This document shows, piece by piece, positions 10,909-20,402 of a stretch of 64,000 bases of DNA; positions within the stretch are counted from its first letter, which is position 1, and each line of letters begins with the position of its first letter. The notes under the pieces were generated by a model. That model searched no databases. It saw only the letters and a program-made list of their open reading frames with translations, and was not told the origin of the DNA. Source of the stretch: a bacterium (lineage in GTDB: Bacteria > Patescibacteriota > Minisyncoccia > Phycocordibacterales > Phycocordibacteraceae). The stretch spans positions 32,001 through 96,000 of the forward strand of contig JBBCGK010000001.1 of the NCBI GenBank assembly GCA_037200965.1. The letters run 5' to 3'. The position numbers were made by a program, and so were the translations under genes.

Positions 10909-10984
10909 GGGCCGTTAGCTCAGTTGGTAGAGCACCTCATTTGCAATGAGGGGGTCGCAGGTTCGAATCCTGTACGGTCCACCA
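10909..10984 (+). tRNA. tRNA-Ala (anticodon UGC), CCA encoded
   Basis: GGGCCGTTAGCTCAGTTGGTAGAGC...TTTGCAA anticodon loop...GGTTCGAATCC...GGTCCACCA. G3:U70 Ala identity pair. Confidence 0.85.
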
Positions 10985-12515
10985 AATCTGATTTTTCAGC
11001 AACAACCTGCTGATTTATCTCGTAAATCCAACCTAATTTCGCGGTTCCAAAACCTGTATTTTTATCGTATCTAATTCCTTCGGGAAGGACGAGTTTTTGG
11101 AACCGCTTTTGGGCGTCTACCCCGATGCTGCTCCATGTGCGGGGCAGGTCTGAAATAAACGTGGTAGCGTAGGCTATTGCTGCTTCTATGTCGAGCTTAT
11201 CGAGGTTGTTTTCTCGAATGGTGATTTGCTTTGCGGCAATCTCATTGTCGGTCTTCTCGATAATCTCCTTGCCGAAGTCCTCGCTGACCGTGCCTTTGCG
11301 AATCATCTCTGCGTACTCGAACTTCTTTTGGCGCAGCTCCTCAAGTTCGGTTTGCTGCTGCTTGATAATATCGTCGAGTAATGAGGCATTGCTGCGCCAT
11401 ACTTCTACGACAATCTCGCTGAACAGCGCGAGGAACCCTTGCTTTGGAGTGATAGTGCCAAGCCATGCAAGAAAGTCTGTGTGCATCTTTTCTTGCGAAA
11501 TGTTCTTGGCATACATGGGGCACTGCTTATTGTGGCAATGGTAGTAAGAATAAACGCCGCCGTTGCCGCGCGGATGACTGCCACTCAACCCGATACTGCA
11601 AGCGGCGCAGCGTACGTCCCTTGTGAGCGGGAAATCGGGGTGATTCTTGAGCTTCTTGATGACCTTCGGAACCTTTCCTTTGCGGATAAGCTGTACCTGG
11701 ATAAACTCCTCGGGCGTAATCATCGCCTGGTGCTTACCCTCGACTTCTTTGCCCGTGAACGGATTGAGGATGATGCCCGCATAGAACTTATTGGAAAGAA
11801 TCTCGTCAATCTTCTGCGGATAGATTTTGCGGCCTCGCAGCGTCGTGAGACCCCATTGGTTTGCGAGCTTTGCCAGCTCGACGTTGCCACTCACTTTCTT
11901 CTCAAGACAGGCACGGAAAAGCGCCTGAATTATCGGGAAGCGCTTTGGGTCTGGGTCATCGGCTTCCGTCTTTTTCATGCCGCGCCTCTTGAATTGCTTG
12001 CAGGTATAGCCAAGCGGCGACTTCCAGGGATAGATACCCTGATTTATCTTCTCGCTCATACCATCAGAGCACTGCTGCTTCCTGATAGCGTTCTCATAGT
12101 CCGCTGATGCGGCCGCAACCGTCTCGACTAGTTTCTCAATCGGCTTATTGCCGATAGGTTCGGTAACGGAAAGAAGTGTCGTCCCATAACCGGACAACTT
12201 CTTTCTTATAAAGAAATGGTCTTCTGTGCTGCGAGAAAATCTGTTGACACGAAGCACTAGGAACGCATGAATCTGGCCGTTGTGCTTGCGGCAGAACTCG
12301 ATGGCTCTCAAGAACTCTTTTCGATTATTGAGCGATAGGTCTTTTGCTGATTGCCCTTCCTCTCGGAATACTTCGACGACTTCATAGCTGTTGCGCTCGC
12401 AATACCTCCTGCACTCTGCCTCCTGAAACTCCAAGCTCGTACCGTCAACCTGCTCGTCGGATGAGACGCGCACGTAGATGATTGCTTTTCTTGTTGTGGA
12501 AGTTTTCATGCTCAT
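10920..12515 (-). CDS. large serine recombinase (resolvase domain, recombinase domain, zinc ribbon)
   Basis: N-terminus KAIIYVRVSSDEQ carries the catalytic Ser motif. Zinc ribbon CAACS...YYHCHNKQC. The open frame reads through the 3' half of tRNA-Ala on the opposite strand (C-terminus TGFEPATP), which is typical of tRNA-integrating elements. Confidence 0.85.
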   Translation of the reverse strand: MSMKTSTTRKAIIYVRVSSDEQVDGTSLEFQEAECRRYCERNSYEVVEVFREEGQSAKDLSLNNRKEFLRAIEFCRKHNGQIHAFLVLRVNRFSRSTEDHFFIRKKLSGYGTTLLSVTEPIGNKPIEKLVETVAAASADYENAIRKQQCSDGMSEKINQGIYPWKSPLGYTCKQFKRRGMKKTEADDPDPKRFPIIQALFRACLEKKVSGNVELAKLANQWGLTTLRGRKIYPQKIDEILSNKFYAGIILNPFTGKEVEGKHQAMITPEEFIQVQLIRKGKVPKVIKKLKNHPDFPLTRDVRCAACSIGLSGSHPRGNGGVYSYYHCHNKQCPMYAKNISQEKMHTDFLAWLGTITPKQGFLALFSEIVVEVWRSNASLLDDIIKQQQTELEELRQKKFEYAEMIRKGTVSEDFGKEIIEKTDNEIAAKQITIRENNLDKLDIEAAIAYATTFISDLPRTWSSIGVDAQKRFQKLVLPEGIRYDKNTGFGTAKLGWIYEINQQVVAEKSDLVDRTGFEPATPSLQMRCSTN

Positions 12516-12520
12516 GTGTT

Positions 12521-13417
12521 TTATGTTAGGCGGTTCACTGCATCGCGGAGACCAGCATCGCTGACGTGCAGATAGCGGCTCGTGGTCTCCAGCTTTGAGT
12601 GGCCGAGAAGATTCTTGATAGCAAAGAGGTCAACACCGTTGGTCAAAAGCGAAACACTGAACGTATGACGCAGCGAGTGAACACCTACGTGCTCCTTCTT
12701 GATACCTGCTTTCTTGATGTAGTGCTTGATAAGGTGGTATACGCTGCCGGTGCTCAATCCATTGCCAAGCCGACTGATAAAGAGATATGGCACATCGGTC
12801 TCCGGCCGCTTTTCGAGATGCTTGCGCAATACCTCGACTACCACGCAGTTGAGCGGGATAGTGCGTTCTTTATCTCCCTTACCGCGCACCTTGATGGTGG
12901 GCTGCGCCGAATCAAGACTGACGCTGGTGAGCTTGAGCCCTACCAACTCGGAGAGACGGACACCCGTATTGAGGAATGTGATGACAATGGCGAGGTCGCG
13001 TGCAAGGTAAAACGGTGTTGCGGTGCGCTTTACGGCAGCAATCAGCGCTTCGTATTCTTCTTTGGTCAAATAGCTCGGCTCCTTGTGCGGTAGCTTCGGA
13101 GTCTCAACTTCGGCGGCAGGATTTATCGTAAGAGCATCAAACTGCACCAGGTATTTGAAAAAGGATTTTATTGAGGAGAGCTTGCGGGCGCGGGTTACGG
13201 CGCTGTTCGGCTTCTTGATGCCGTTATGCGTGAGTTCCGAGAGGAAGGCGCGGACATCATCACGCGATACTTTCTTGATATTGCTTTTGCCGCGCGACTC
13301 CAAAAACTCGGTGAACTTTTCCAAGTCAAGTCGATATGCAGCCATCGTACGCACCGATGCGTTTTTGTCGCTGTGAAGGTAATTGATGAATTGTGAGATA
13401 TAATTCTGCATAATCAT
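12521..13417 (-). CDS. tyrosine recombinase/integrase (XerC/XerD-like)
   Basis: 298 aa. N-terminal SAM-like domain, catalytic HSLRHTF and LGHSKLETTSRYLH (R-H-R-Y). It lies 5 nt upstream of the serine recombinase. Confidence 0.85.
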   Translation of the reverse strand: MIMQNYISQFINYLHSDKNASVRTMAAYRLDLEKFTEFLESRGKSNIKKVSRDDVRAFLSELTHNGIKKPNSAVTRARKLSSIKSFFKYLVQFDALTINPAAEVETPKLPHKEPSYLTKEEYEALIAAVKRTATPFYLARDLAIVITFLNTGVRLSELVGLKLTSVSLDSAQPTIKVRGKGDKERTIPLNCVVVEVLRKHLEKRPETDVPYLFISRLGNGLSTGSVYHLIKHYIKKAGIKKEHVGVHSLRHTFSVSLLTNGVDLFAIKNLLGHSKLETTSRYLHVSDAGLRDAVNRLT

Positions 13418-13737
13418 TTTTGAGGCGGAAACTGCTCGACAAGAGCTGCGGGCAAGCGTTCGACCAACTCCTTCCGTACCAAAAGCGCATCTTCATCACC
13501 GCGCGAATCAACGCCAAGCGTAATGCTCGTGCCGAAGCAGTGCACGCCACGCTGATTTATGCAGACGAATCCTGCGGCGAGCGCTAATGCTGGCGACTCG
13601 ACCACGCTGCTGTGCAATATTTCACTGTCGAACACGAGAGCTTTCCCTGCGGTAGTGACGACGTACTTCATGGGGATGCGTCCAGCGATGAAGTCCTCCC
13701 ATTCTTTTGTTTTTGATGTGTCGTATTCCATAGTCAT
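13414..13737 (-). CDS. hypothetical protein (107 aa), island operon
   Basis: Overlaps the integrase start and the upstream gene's stop by 4 nt each (coupled). No recognisable motif. Confidence 0.4.
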   Translation of the reverse strand: MTMEYDTSKTKEWEDFIAGRIPMKYVVTTAGKALVFDSEILHSSVVESPALALAAGFVCINQRGVHCFGTSITLGVDSRGDEDALLVRKELVERLPAALVEQFPPQK

Positions 13738-14000
13738 TTCTTGGGTAGCTTGCTATCGAGGTACAAGCCGGTGAGTCCTACGAGAGCAATGATGAGCGCC
13801 GCAAGCCATTCTTGGTCGAATCCCGATAGAAGCTCATCGAGATGCAGCCAGAGGAAGACAATCGCTCCGATGATGAACAGTGCTTTGCCCGTGTTCCAAA
13901 CTTCTCGCCAGGTTATCTTCGACCTTGTAGGGATACCGGCATCGGCCGTATTTTCCGCTAGCTTTTGCGTCCGTTTTCCAATGTGATTTTCGTTGCTCAT
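13734..14000 (-). CDS. small membrane protein (2 TM), hypothetical
   Basis: 88 aa. Hydrophobic segments LFIIGAIVFLWL and LAALIIALVGLTGLYL. Confidence 0.4.
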   Translation of the reverse strand: MSNENHIGKRTQKLAENTADAGIPTRSKITWREVWNTGKALFIIGAIVFLWLHLDELLSGFDQEWLAALIIALVGLTGLYLDSKLPKK

Positions 14001-14188
14001 AAAATATTTTTGCTATTGCTGATAAATGCTTCGTACTCCTCACGTCGAATGAGCCATTTATTTCCAATGCGAAAGAAGCCTGGGATTTTTCCGGCTTCAA
14101 TCCATCGAAGTACCGTTGCGCGCGATACGTTCAAATCGGCAGCGACTTCAGATACATTTATCGTTTTACTTTGGATTTCTTCGCTCAT
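13997..14188 (-). CDS. excisionase/AlpA-family HTH DNA-binding protein
   Basis: 63 aa. LNVSRATVLRWIEAGKIPGFFRIGNKWLIRREE is a classic Xis/MerR-like winged-helix. First gene of the recombinase operon. Confidence 0.6.
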   Translation of the reverse strand: MSEEIQSKTINVSEVAADLNVSRATVLRWIEAGKIPGFFRIGNKWLIRREEYEAFISNSKNIL

Positions 14189-14245
14189 AACATTTAGTAG
14201 ATATTTACTTCGATACGATGATTCGTTTGTACGTGTTTGTTATCC

Positions 14246-14275
14246 ACTTGACCTGCAACACGCACTTGGTATGAT
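14246..14275 (+). promoter_or_regulatory. sigma70-like promoter TTGACC-16 nt-TATGAT
   Basis: TTGACCTGCAACACGCACTTGGTATGAT. It faces away from the excisionase gene. A short hairpin-T terminator lies about 70 nt downstream (14346-14365). Confidence 0.35.
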
Positions 14276-14593
14276 TTACTTGTAGTCGGATGCTGCTATT
14301 TGCATCATTTGAACGGCTGCTAATATCTATTTAGTGCCATTGCCCCGTGAGGGGTCTTTTTCGTTCTAGGCTTTCCATGTTGCTGCTCTGTTTCTTTCCA
14401 CGGGTATGGCACCTCACTTCCTCTCAATGACCTCTGCAAGTGGTGCATGGGTATGCAAGTGTCATAAAGAATGAACTCGCAGGGGTGTCATCTACTCCAT
14501 GCCCGCCGGATTCTGTGAAAACAAAAATCCGGTGGTGGTAGTTGTCGGTTTGTCCCTCGCACTGTGGGCGGGGACACCCTCACCATGTGGAAG

Positions 14594-14857
14594 TTATTTT
14601 GTCGAAACTTCCTTCTTGGGATTCAGGTAGCCCTCGACAATTTCATCAAGCAGCTCTGACATTGCCATTTCTTCTTCTGCTGCTCGCAGCTTCAACTTTT
14701 GTGCGTTTGATACTGACATACGAACTTGCCGTGTAATGCGCTTTTTACGTGCTTGCCAGCCACGCTTCATCGCATTACTCATCTGCTGCTGATAGTGCTG
14801 GTGCATTGCATCCTCTATTTGCTTCGTGAAATCTATTTTTTGTACCTTTGTCGACAT
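14594..14857 (-). CDS. ribbon-helix-helix-like small DNA-binding protein, hypothetical
   Basis: 87 aa. KKRITRQVRMSVSNAQKLKLRAAEEEMAMSELLDEIVEGYL fits a beta-strand plus two-helix RHH pattern. Confidence 0.35.
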   Translation of the reverse strand: MSTKVQKIDFTKQIEDAMHQHYQQQMSNAMKRGWQARKKRITRQVRMSVSNAQKLKLRAAEEEMAMSELLDEIVEGYLNPKKEVSTK

Positions 14858-15177
14858 AGATTAGTTATTACGACTCTTATATCCTTCATCTCCCCGAAGA
14901 TGCCGGAATCTGAAACCTAGTAATGAACTCATAGCATCCGTCCAAACCTTCAATCAGTCGGGCTTTCACCTTCAGCATCGCCTCATCACGGCGACACTTT
15001 CCCGAACGTTTGTCTGACAAGGCTAGACGGCCAGTTATCGTTTGATGTGCAGGTGAAGTCCCCCGTCGCAGAGTCGTCAGGCGGAGCGGGGACTGGTATC
15101 TGCACACCAATCCGATTATTCGGCCGGTTTTTTATCGAGGACTCGCCGACGACCTCGTGCTTTGAGCTTGTAGAGAG

Positions 15178-15390
15178 CTACGCCTGCATTTCGGCTGGCG
15201 CGGGCAGCGTACTCACAAAGGGTGATGGCATTGCCTTGTCCTTTGCAGATACGAGACCTTTCTTTTGCCAACTATCAAATGCGAGATTTGCAGCGATGTA
15301 GAGTTCATCACGGACAGCCTCAACAGCCTCATCGGAGAGGAGGTTTGCTTCGTTGCCTAGAACTTTTTTGCATTGCGCGATGCTCAACAT
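15178..15390 (-). CDS. hypothetical small protein (70 aa)
   Basis: ORF only. Sits in an AT-rich island intergenic region. Confidence 0.2.
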   Translation of the reverse strand: MLSIAQCKKVLGNEANLLSDEAVEAVRDELYIAANLAFDSWQKKGLVSAKDKAMPSPFVSTLPAPAEMQA

Positions 15391-15767
15391 AAGGGTTGGC
15401 GTCGGCGCGTTGTGAGCAGTTTCTAATTTGTGGAGCTGTTCAAAAGAAAAGACCCGCAGAAGAATCAGAAAACCACTGTGTAAACAGTGTCTTACTAGTT
15501 CCTATGCGGGGCGGAGTTGGTGCCTGGCTATCGAGAAGTCTCGATGTGCTCTGCGGCTAAAAAATTTGCCCTTGCCGTATTAGTTGACGTTGATATGCAA
15601 CGTGCTGACTGGGTACAGTTTAGTGCTGTAGACAATGAGACGCAAGCGTTTTTCAACAATGCTTGTGGAGAGCGACCATGTCAATATGACAGTTTAGTCA
15701 ATTTTGTCATAGTTTGATATACTATGACCATCGGCGTGAGGGATTATTATTAGACCGCCGCTTCAAT

Positions 15768-15968
15768 ATGGCTTCAAAGGACAAAAACTACCTGACGATT
15801 CAAGAAGTCGCCAAAAAATTGGAGGAGCGGCACTTCGACATCACCGAGCGAACGGTGTATCGCTATGTCCAAAAAGGAAAGATACGGGCAATCAAAATCG
15901 GCGGCTGGCGTATCGAGAAAAAAGATTTTGAAAAGTTCCTCGAAGAAAGCTCAAACACCAAGAAATAA
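15768..15968 (+). CDS. excisionase-family HTH protein, first gene of the R-M operon (possible controller)
   Basis: MASKDKNYLTIQEVAKKLEERHFDITERTVYRYVQKGKIRAIKIGGWRIEKKDFEKFLEE. Its stop codon lies 4 nt before the mod ATG. The upstream region is palindrome-rich. Confidence 0.55.
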   Translation: MASKDKNYLTIQEVAKKLEERHFDITERTVYRYVQKGKIRAIKIGGWRIEKKDFEKFLEESSNTKK

Positions 15969-15972
15969 TTTT

Positions 15973-17769
15973 ATGAAGAACCAGCCAACAAAAGTAAATC
16001 TCGCCTCCGCAAATCTCTCCGAGGAGAAGCTGTTTGAGTTGCGGCGTATCCTTCCCGAAGCGTTCAGCGAAAACAAAATTGACTGGGAGAAGCTCCGCAC
16101 GGTTCTTGGCGACGCGGTGGATGCTCATATCGAGAAGTTCGGCTTTACCTGGGCGGGCAAGGGCAACGCCATCAAGAATGTTTTGATACCGAGCAAGGCC
16201 ACGCTCAACCCCGCTCCCGACGAGAGTGTGATGTTCGACGAGAGCCAGAATCTTTTTATCGAGGGCGACAACCTCGAAGTCTTGAAGCTTTTGCAAAAGG
16301 CGTACTTTGAGAAGGTGAAGATGATTTATATAGACCCGCCGTACAACACCGGCGGCGACTTCGTGTACAAGGACAACTTTACCGCACCGCTTGATAACTA
16401 CCTCCATCAGACCGGCCAGAAGAACGGCAACGGCGAGCATCTCACGACAAACAAGGAAACCAACGGCCGCTTCCACAGCGATTGGCTCTCAATGATGTAT
16501 CCGCGTCTCAAGCTCGCGTGGAATCTTTTGCGCGACGACGGCGTTATCTTCATCAGCATTGATGATAACGAGGTGCATCATCTCCGCATATTGCTAAATG
16601 AAGTGTTTGGCGAAGAAAACTTTATTGGTGAGTTTATCGTCGTACGTGCAGAAGGGGGTGGTTTAGCACATCAGTATGTGAAAGGACATGATTATCTGCT
16701 TGCATACGCAAAGTCTATTACAGACTTTGAACCACTCCGTCGCCCGAAAGATATTAGAGGCAAAATTATTGAGAAAGACGGCAAGGAATACTGGATAGAA
16801 GAAGACTGGCTCCGCCGAGAGTTCGGTAAGTACGGCACTCTCCTATACGAAGACATTGAGGAAGTGAAGGGGGCTAACAAGAAAGCGGAAATTGACGCTG
16901 GTTTGCAGAGCGGAGAGTATCAACTGATAAAGAAAAATGGCGGCCATATTGTTGGTCGACTTCGCCTAATTGAAGAAGATGGCTCCAAGTTCTACAGCAT
17001 CCTCAAACATCTTTCTGCGAGGGGAAACGATGATTTGCAGGAATTGGAAATGGGCAAACTCTTTGACTTTCCAAAGCCGGTATCTTTGCTGCGCGAACTC
17101 ATTTTGGGAGCCACGTTCTTTAGTAAGAATGACGGCGATATTATTCTCGACTTTTTCGCTGGCTCTGGTACCACGGCTCATGCTGTAATGGCACAAAATG
17201 CGGAAGATGGAGGCAATCGAAAGTGGATTGCTGTTCAACTACCGGAGAAGACCGAGAGCGATAGCGAAGCGTTCAAAGCCGGATACAAAACTATTGCCGA
17301 CCTTACTAAAGAACGTATACGCCGCGCCGCAAAGAAGCTAGAAAATACTGATGGCTTCAAAATCTTCAAGCTCGCAGCATCAAACTACCCCGAGAACGCT
17401 TTTGAGTTCGACCCAGATAAAACAGAAGACGAGAACAAAGCCGCCTTCGAGGACTACTTGAAGCACGCAAAGCGCGCCAAGCTTATTGACGACCTAGACG
17501 AGACGAGCGTCATCTACGAAAACATCGTCAAGGAAGGATTCTCGCTCAACTCCAAGATTCAGGAAGGCGTGCCAGGAAACAACAAGGTCTACACCATCAC
17601 CGACGGCGACCGGCAGTTTTCTATCTGCCTCGACCGTTCGATTGATGACACGACCGTAAAGAACATCACGGAGTGGGCTAAAGGAGCGACCTTTATCTGC
17701 TTCGATAATGCGCTCTCTGACAGCCAGAAAGCAAACCTCGGCCTCCACGTGGAGCTGAAAACGATATAA
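15973..17769 (+). CDS. mod: Type III restriction-modification Mod subunit (N6-adenine DNA methyltransferase)
   Basis: Motif IV IDPPYNTGGDF precedes motif I DFFAGSGTTAHA (beta-class order). ATG at 15973. The track ORF starts earlier in an overlapping frame. Confidence 0.9.
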   Translation: MKNQPTKVNLASANLSEEKLFELRRILPEAFSENKIDWEKLRTVLGDAVDAHIEKFGFTWAGKGNAIKNVLIPSKATLNPAPDESVMFDESQNLFIEGDNLEVLKLLQKAYFEKVKMIYIDPPYNTGGDFVYKDNFTAPLDNYLHQTGQKNGNGEHLTTNKETNGRFHSDWLSMMYPRLKLAWNLLRDDGVIFISIDDNEVHHLRILLNEVFGEENFIGEFIVVRAEGGGLAHQYVKGHDYLLAYAKSITDFEPLRRPKDIRGKIIEKDGKEYWIEEDWLRREFGKYGTLLYEDIEEVKGANKKAEIDAGLQSGEYQLIKKNGGHIVGRLRLIEEDGSKFYSILKHLSARGNDDLQELEMGKLFDFPKPVSLLRELILGATFFSKNDGDIILDFFAGSGTTAHAVMAQNAEDGGNRKWIAVQLPEKTESDSEAFKAGYKTIADLTKERIRRAAKKLENTDGFKIFKLAASNYPENAFEFDPDKTEDENKAAFEDYLKHAKRAKLIDDLDETSVIYENIVKEGFSLNSKIQEGVPGNNKVYTITDGDRQFSICLDRSIDDTTVKNITEWAKGATFICFDNALSDSQKANLGLHVELKTI

Positions 17770-17771
17770 CT

Positions 17772-20402
17772 ATGAAGTTCAAGTTTGACGCAAACCAAGA
17801 TTTTCAAATAAACGCAGTCAACGCCATCGTTGGCGTCTTTGAAGGTCAGCCGAAGCGTCAAAGTGTGGTAGTAAATGTGCCCGCACTTTCCGTTTCCGGC
17901 TCATTGCCGCTCCAAACTACATACGGCATCTATCCGAACGAGCTGACGCTTTCCGACGAGGAGGTGTTTGCCAACGTCTGGAAGATTCAAGAGCAAAACA
18001 AAATCGGCAATGGCGGCACGGTTGAGGAGTACGACTTTTCTATCGAGATGGAGACGGGTACGGGTAAGACGTATGTGTACCTTCGTACCGTCTTTGAACT
18101 CAACAAGCAATACGGATGGAAGAAGTTTATCGTTCTCGTGCCGTCCGTCGCCATCCGCGAGGGCGTCATCAAGACGCTCCAAATCACCAAAGACCACTTC
18201 GCCGAGCTGTACGACAACGTGCCGTACCGCTTCTACGAGTACCAGTCCAAGAACATCTCGCAGGTGAAGCGCTTTGCGGAATCCAGCAACCTGGAGATTA
18301 TGGTGATGACGGTAGGTGCGTTCAACAAGGACGCGAACGTGCTCTATGCCGCCCGCGACCAGATGCAGGGCGAGCAGCCTATCAGCTACATCCAGCGCAG
18401 CAACCCCGTCCTCATCCTCGACGAGCCGCAGAATATGGAAGGTGAAGCGACGAAGGAGGCGCTCAAGAACTTCAACGCGCTTGCACGCCTGCGATACTCC
18501 GCGACGCATCGCAATCCGTACAACCTCATGTACCAGCTCACGCCGTTCGATGCGTATCAGCTCGGCCTCGTAAAGAAGATTGAGGTGTATTCCGTTACGG
18601 ATGACGACACCGGCATCTCGCGCCCGTCGCTCAACCTCATCTCCGTTGAATCCGGCAAGGCGCTCAAGGCAAAGTTAGAGGCCATCGTGAAAGATGCCGA
18701 CGGCGCATTGAAGCGCAAGAAGCTCACCGTCAAACAGAACGACGACCTCGCGCAGAAGACCGGCAACGACGTATACGCCGGCTATATCGTGGACGAGCTT
18801 GACGCCGATGCGCCAGACCTCGGGCAGATTGGTAGGATTCGCTTTCGCAACAACGTGGAGATTCGCCAGGGTGAAGGCGTAGCAAACAACAACGAGCAAG
18901 TGATGCGCGAGCAGATTGAGCAGACCATCCGCCGCCACTTCGAGAAACGCAACCAGCTCCGCGATATGGGCATCAAGGTGCTCTCCCTCTTTTTCATAGA
19001 CAAGGTAGACAACTACGTTCAATCAGACGGGTTTATCCGCTCTGCGTTCATAGCCGAGTTCAATCGCCTCAAGAAAGACTATGGCGCTGACGGCATGGAC
19101 GTGGATACCGTCCACAAGGGATATTTCGCCAAGCGCGGCGAGGAGTATTTGGAGCGAGAGTCCAGCATCGCCGAGAACCAGGAAGCATACGAGCTGATTA
19201 TGAAGGACAAGGAGCGCCTGCTTTCCTTCGATGAGCCGACGGAGTTCATCTTCTCGCACTCCGCACTCAAGGAAGGATGGGACAACCCAAACATTTTCAA
19301 TATCTGCACCCTGCGCGAGACCGTTTCAGTCATCCGCAAGCGCCAGGAGATTGGCCGAGGTATGCGCCTCTGCGTCAATCAGGACGGAGAGCGTATTTTC
19401 TTGCGCAGCGTCAACCTGCTCTCCGTGATTGCAAACGAGAGCTATACGGAATACGTCTCATCGCTCCAGGGCGAATACGAGGAGGACGGTATCTACAAGT
19501 CTGCGCCGTTGCCGAACAATGCCAAGCGAAAGACCACGGTGAAGCTCAAGAAAGATTTTGATAAGGACACGGACTTTGCTGGTATCTGGGAACGCATCTC
19601 GAAGAAGACCCGCTATGTCGTGCAGGTTGATAGCGAGCGCGTCATCGAAGCGTCCGCAAAGCAGATTGCGAAGCTCCATCTCGCAAAGCCCAAGATGCGC
19701 GTCGAGCGCGCGGGCGTGAACATCGCGGCCGAAGGCATCACCGCAAACATCGTAGGCACCCGTGCCGAGGATTTGAGCCAGACCAAACGCACCATTGACC
19801 CTATCGAACTCATCAAAAACGAGACCAAGCTGACGCGCCACACGGTCGCGGAGATTTTGGCGAAAGCGGACAATACCGACTCCTTCCTCAAGAATCCCGA
19901 ACGCTTCTGCTTCGAGGCAACGCGCATCATCAAGGCCGAGCTGGTGAAGGATTACGTTTCCCAGATTCGCTATGAGGTACTGCCGGAGCAGTATGACCTC
20001 AAGCAGTTCGAGGACATCCCGAGCTACAAGGACGCGACGCACAAGGTGAACAACTCCATCTACGACGCCATCGTGTATGACTCCGACGTGGAGAAGAACT
20101 TTGCCGTCGCCCTCGATGCCGACGAGCGCGTGAAGCTCTTTATCAAGATGCCCAACTGGTTCAAGGTGAACACGCCTATCGGCGGCTACAATCCCGACTG
20201 GGCAATCGTAACGGCCAAGCGAGACCTCCAGGGCAACGAGGAGAAGGAGCGCGTGTATTTCGTGATTGAGACGAAGGGCGACATCTCCAACCTGCGCGAG
20301 AGCGAGGGACAAAAAATTGCTTCCGCGAAGAAGCACTTTGAAGTCATCGAGGTGAACTACAAGGAGGTCGAGAACTACGGGCAATTTGCTGAACAACTAT
20401 GA
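17772..20402 (+). CDS. res: Type III restriction enzyme Res subunit (SF2 helicase plus C-terminal PD-(D/E)XK endonuclease)
   Basis: Walker A METGTGKTYV, DEAH-like ILDEPQNMEG, and a C-terminal nuclease motif (YNPDWAIV...YFVIETKG). Starts 2 nt after mod. Confidence 0.9.
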   Translation: MKFKFDANQDFQINAVNAIVGVFEGQPKRQSVVVNVPALSVSGSLPLQTTYGIYPNELTLSDEEVFANVWKIQEQNKIGNGGTVEEYDFSIEMETGTGKTYVYLRTVFELNKQYGWKKFIVLVPSVAIREGVIKTLQITKDHFAELYDNVPYRFYEYQSKNISQVKRFAESSNLEIMVMTVGAFNKDANVLYAARDQMQGEQPISYIQRSNPVLILDEPQNMEGEATKEALKNFNALARLRYSATHRNPYNLMYQLTPFDAYQLGLVKKIEVYSVTDDDTGISRPSLNLISVESGKALKAKLEAIVKDADGALKRKKLTVKQNDDLAQKTGNDVYAGYIVDELDADAPDLGQIGRIRFRNNVEIRQGEGVANNNEQVMREQIEQTIRRHFEKRNQLRDMGIKVLSLFFIDKVDNYVQSDGFIRSAFIAEFNRLKKDYGADGMDVDTVHKGYFAKRGEEYLERESSIAENQEAYELIMKDKERLLSFDEPTEFIFSHSALKEGWDNPNIFNICTLRETVSVIRKRQEIGRGMRLCVNQDGERIFLRSVNLLSVIANESYTEYVSSLQGEYEEDGIYKSAPLPNNAKRKTTVKLKKDFDKDTDFAGIWERISKKTRYVVQVDSERVIEASAKQIAKLHLAKPKMRVERAGVNIAAEGITANIVGTRAEDLSQTKRTIDPIELIKNETKLTRHTVAEILAKADNTDSFLKNPERFCFEATRIIKAELVKDYVSQIRYEVLPEQYDLKQFEDIPSYKDATHKVNNSIYDAIVYDSDVEKNFAVALDADERVKLFIKMPNWFKVNTPIGGYNPDWAIVTAKRDLQGNEEKERVYFVIETKGDISNLRESEGQKIASAKKHFEVIEVNYKEVENYGQFAEQL

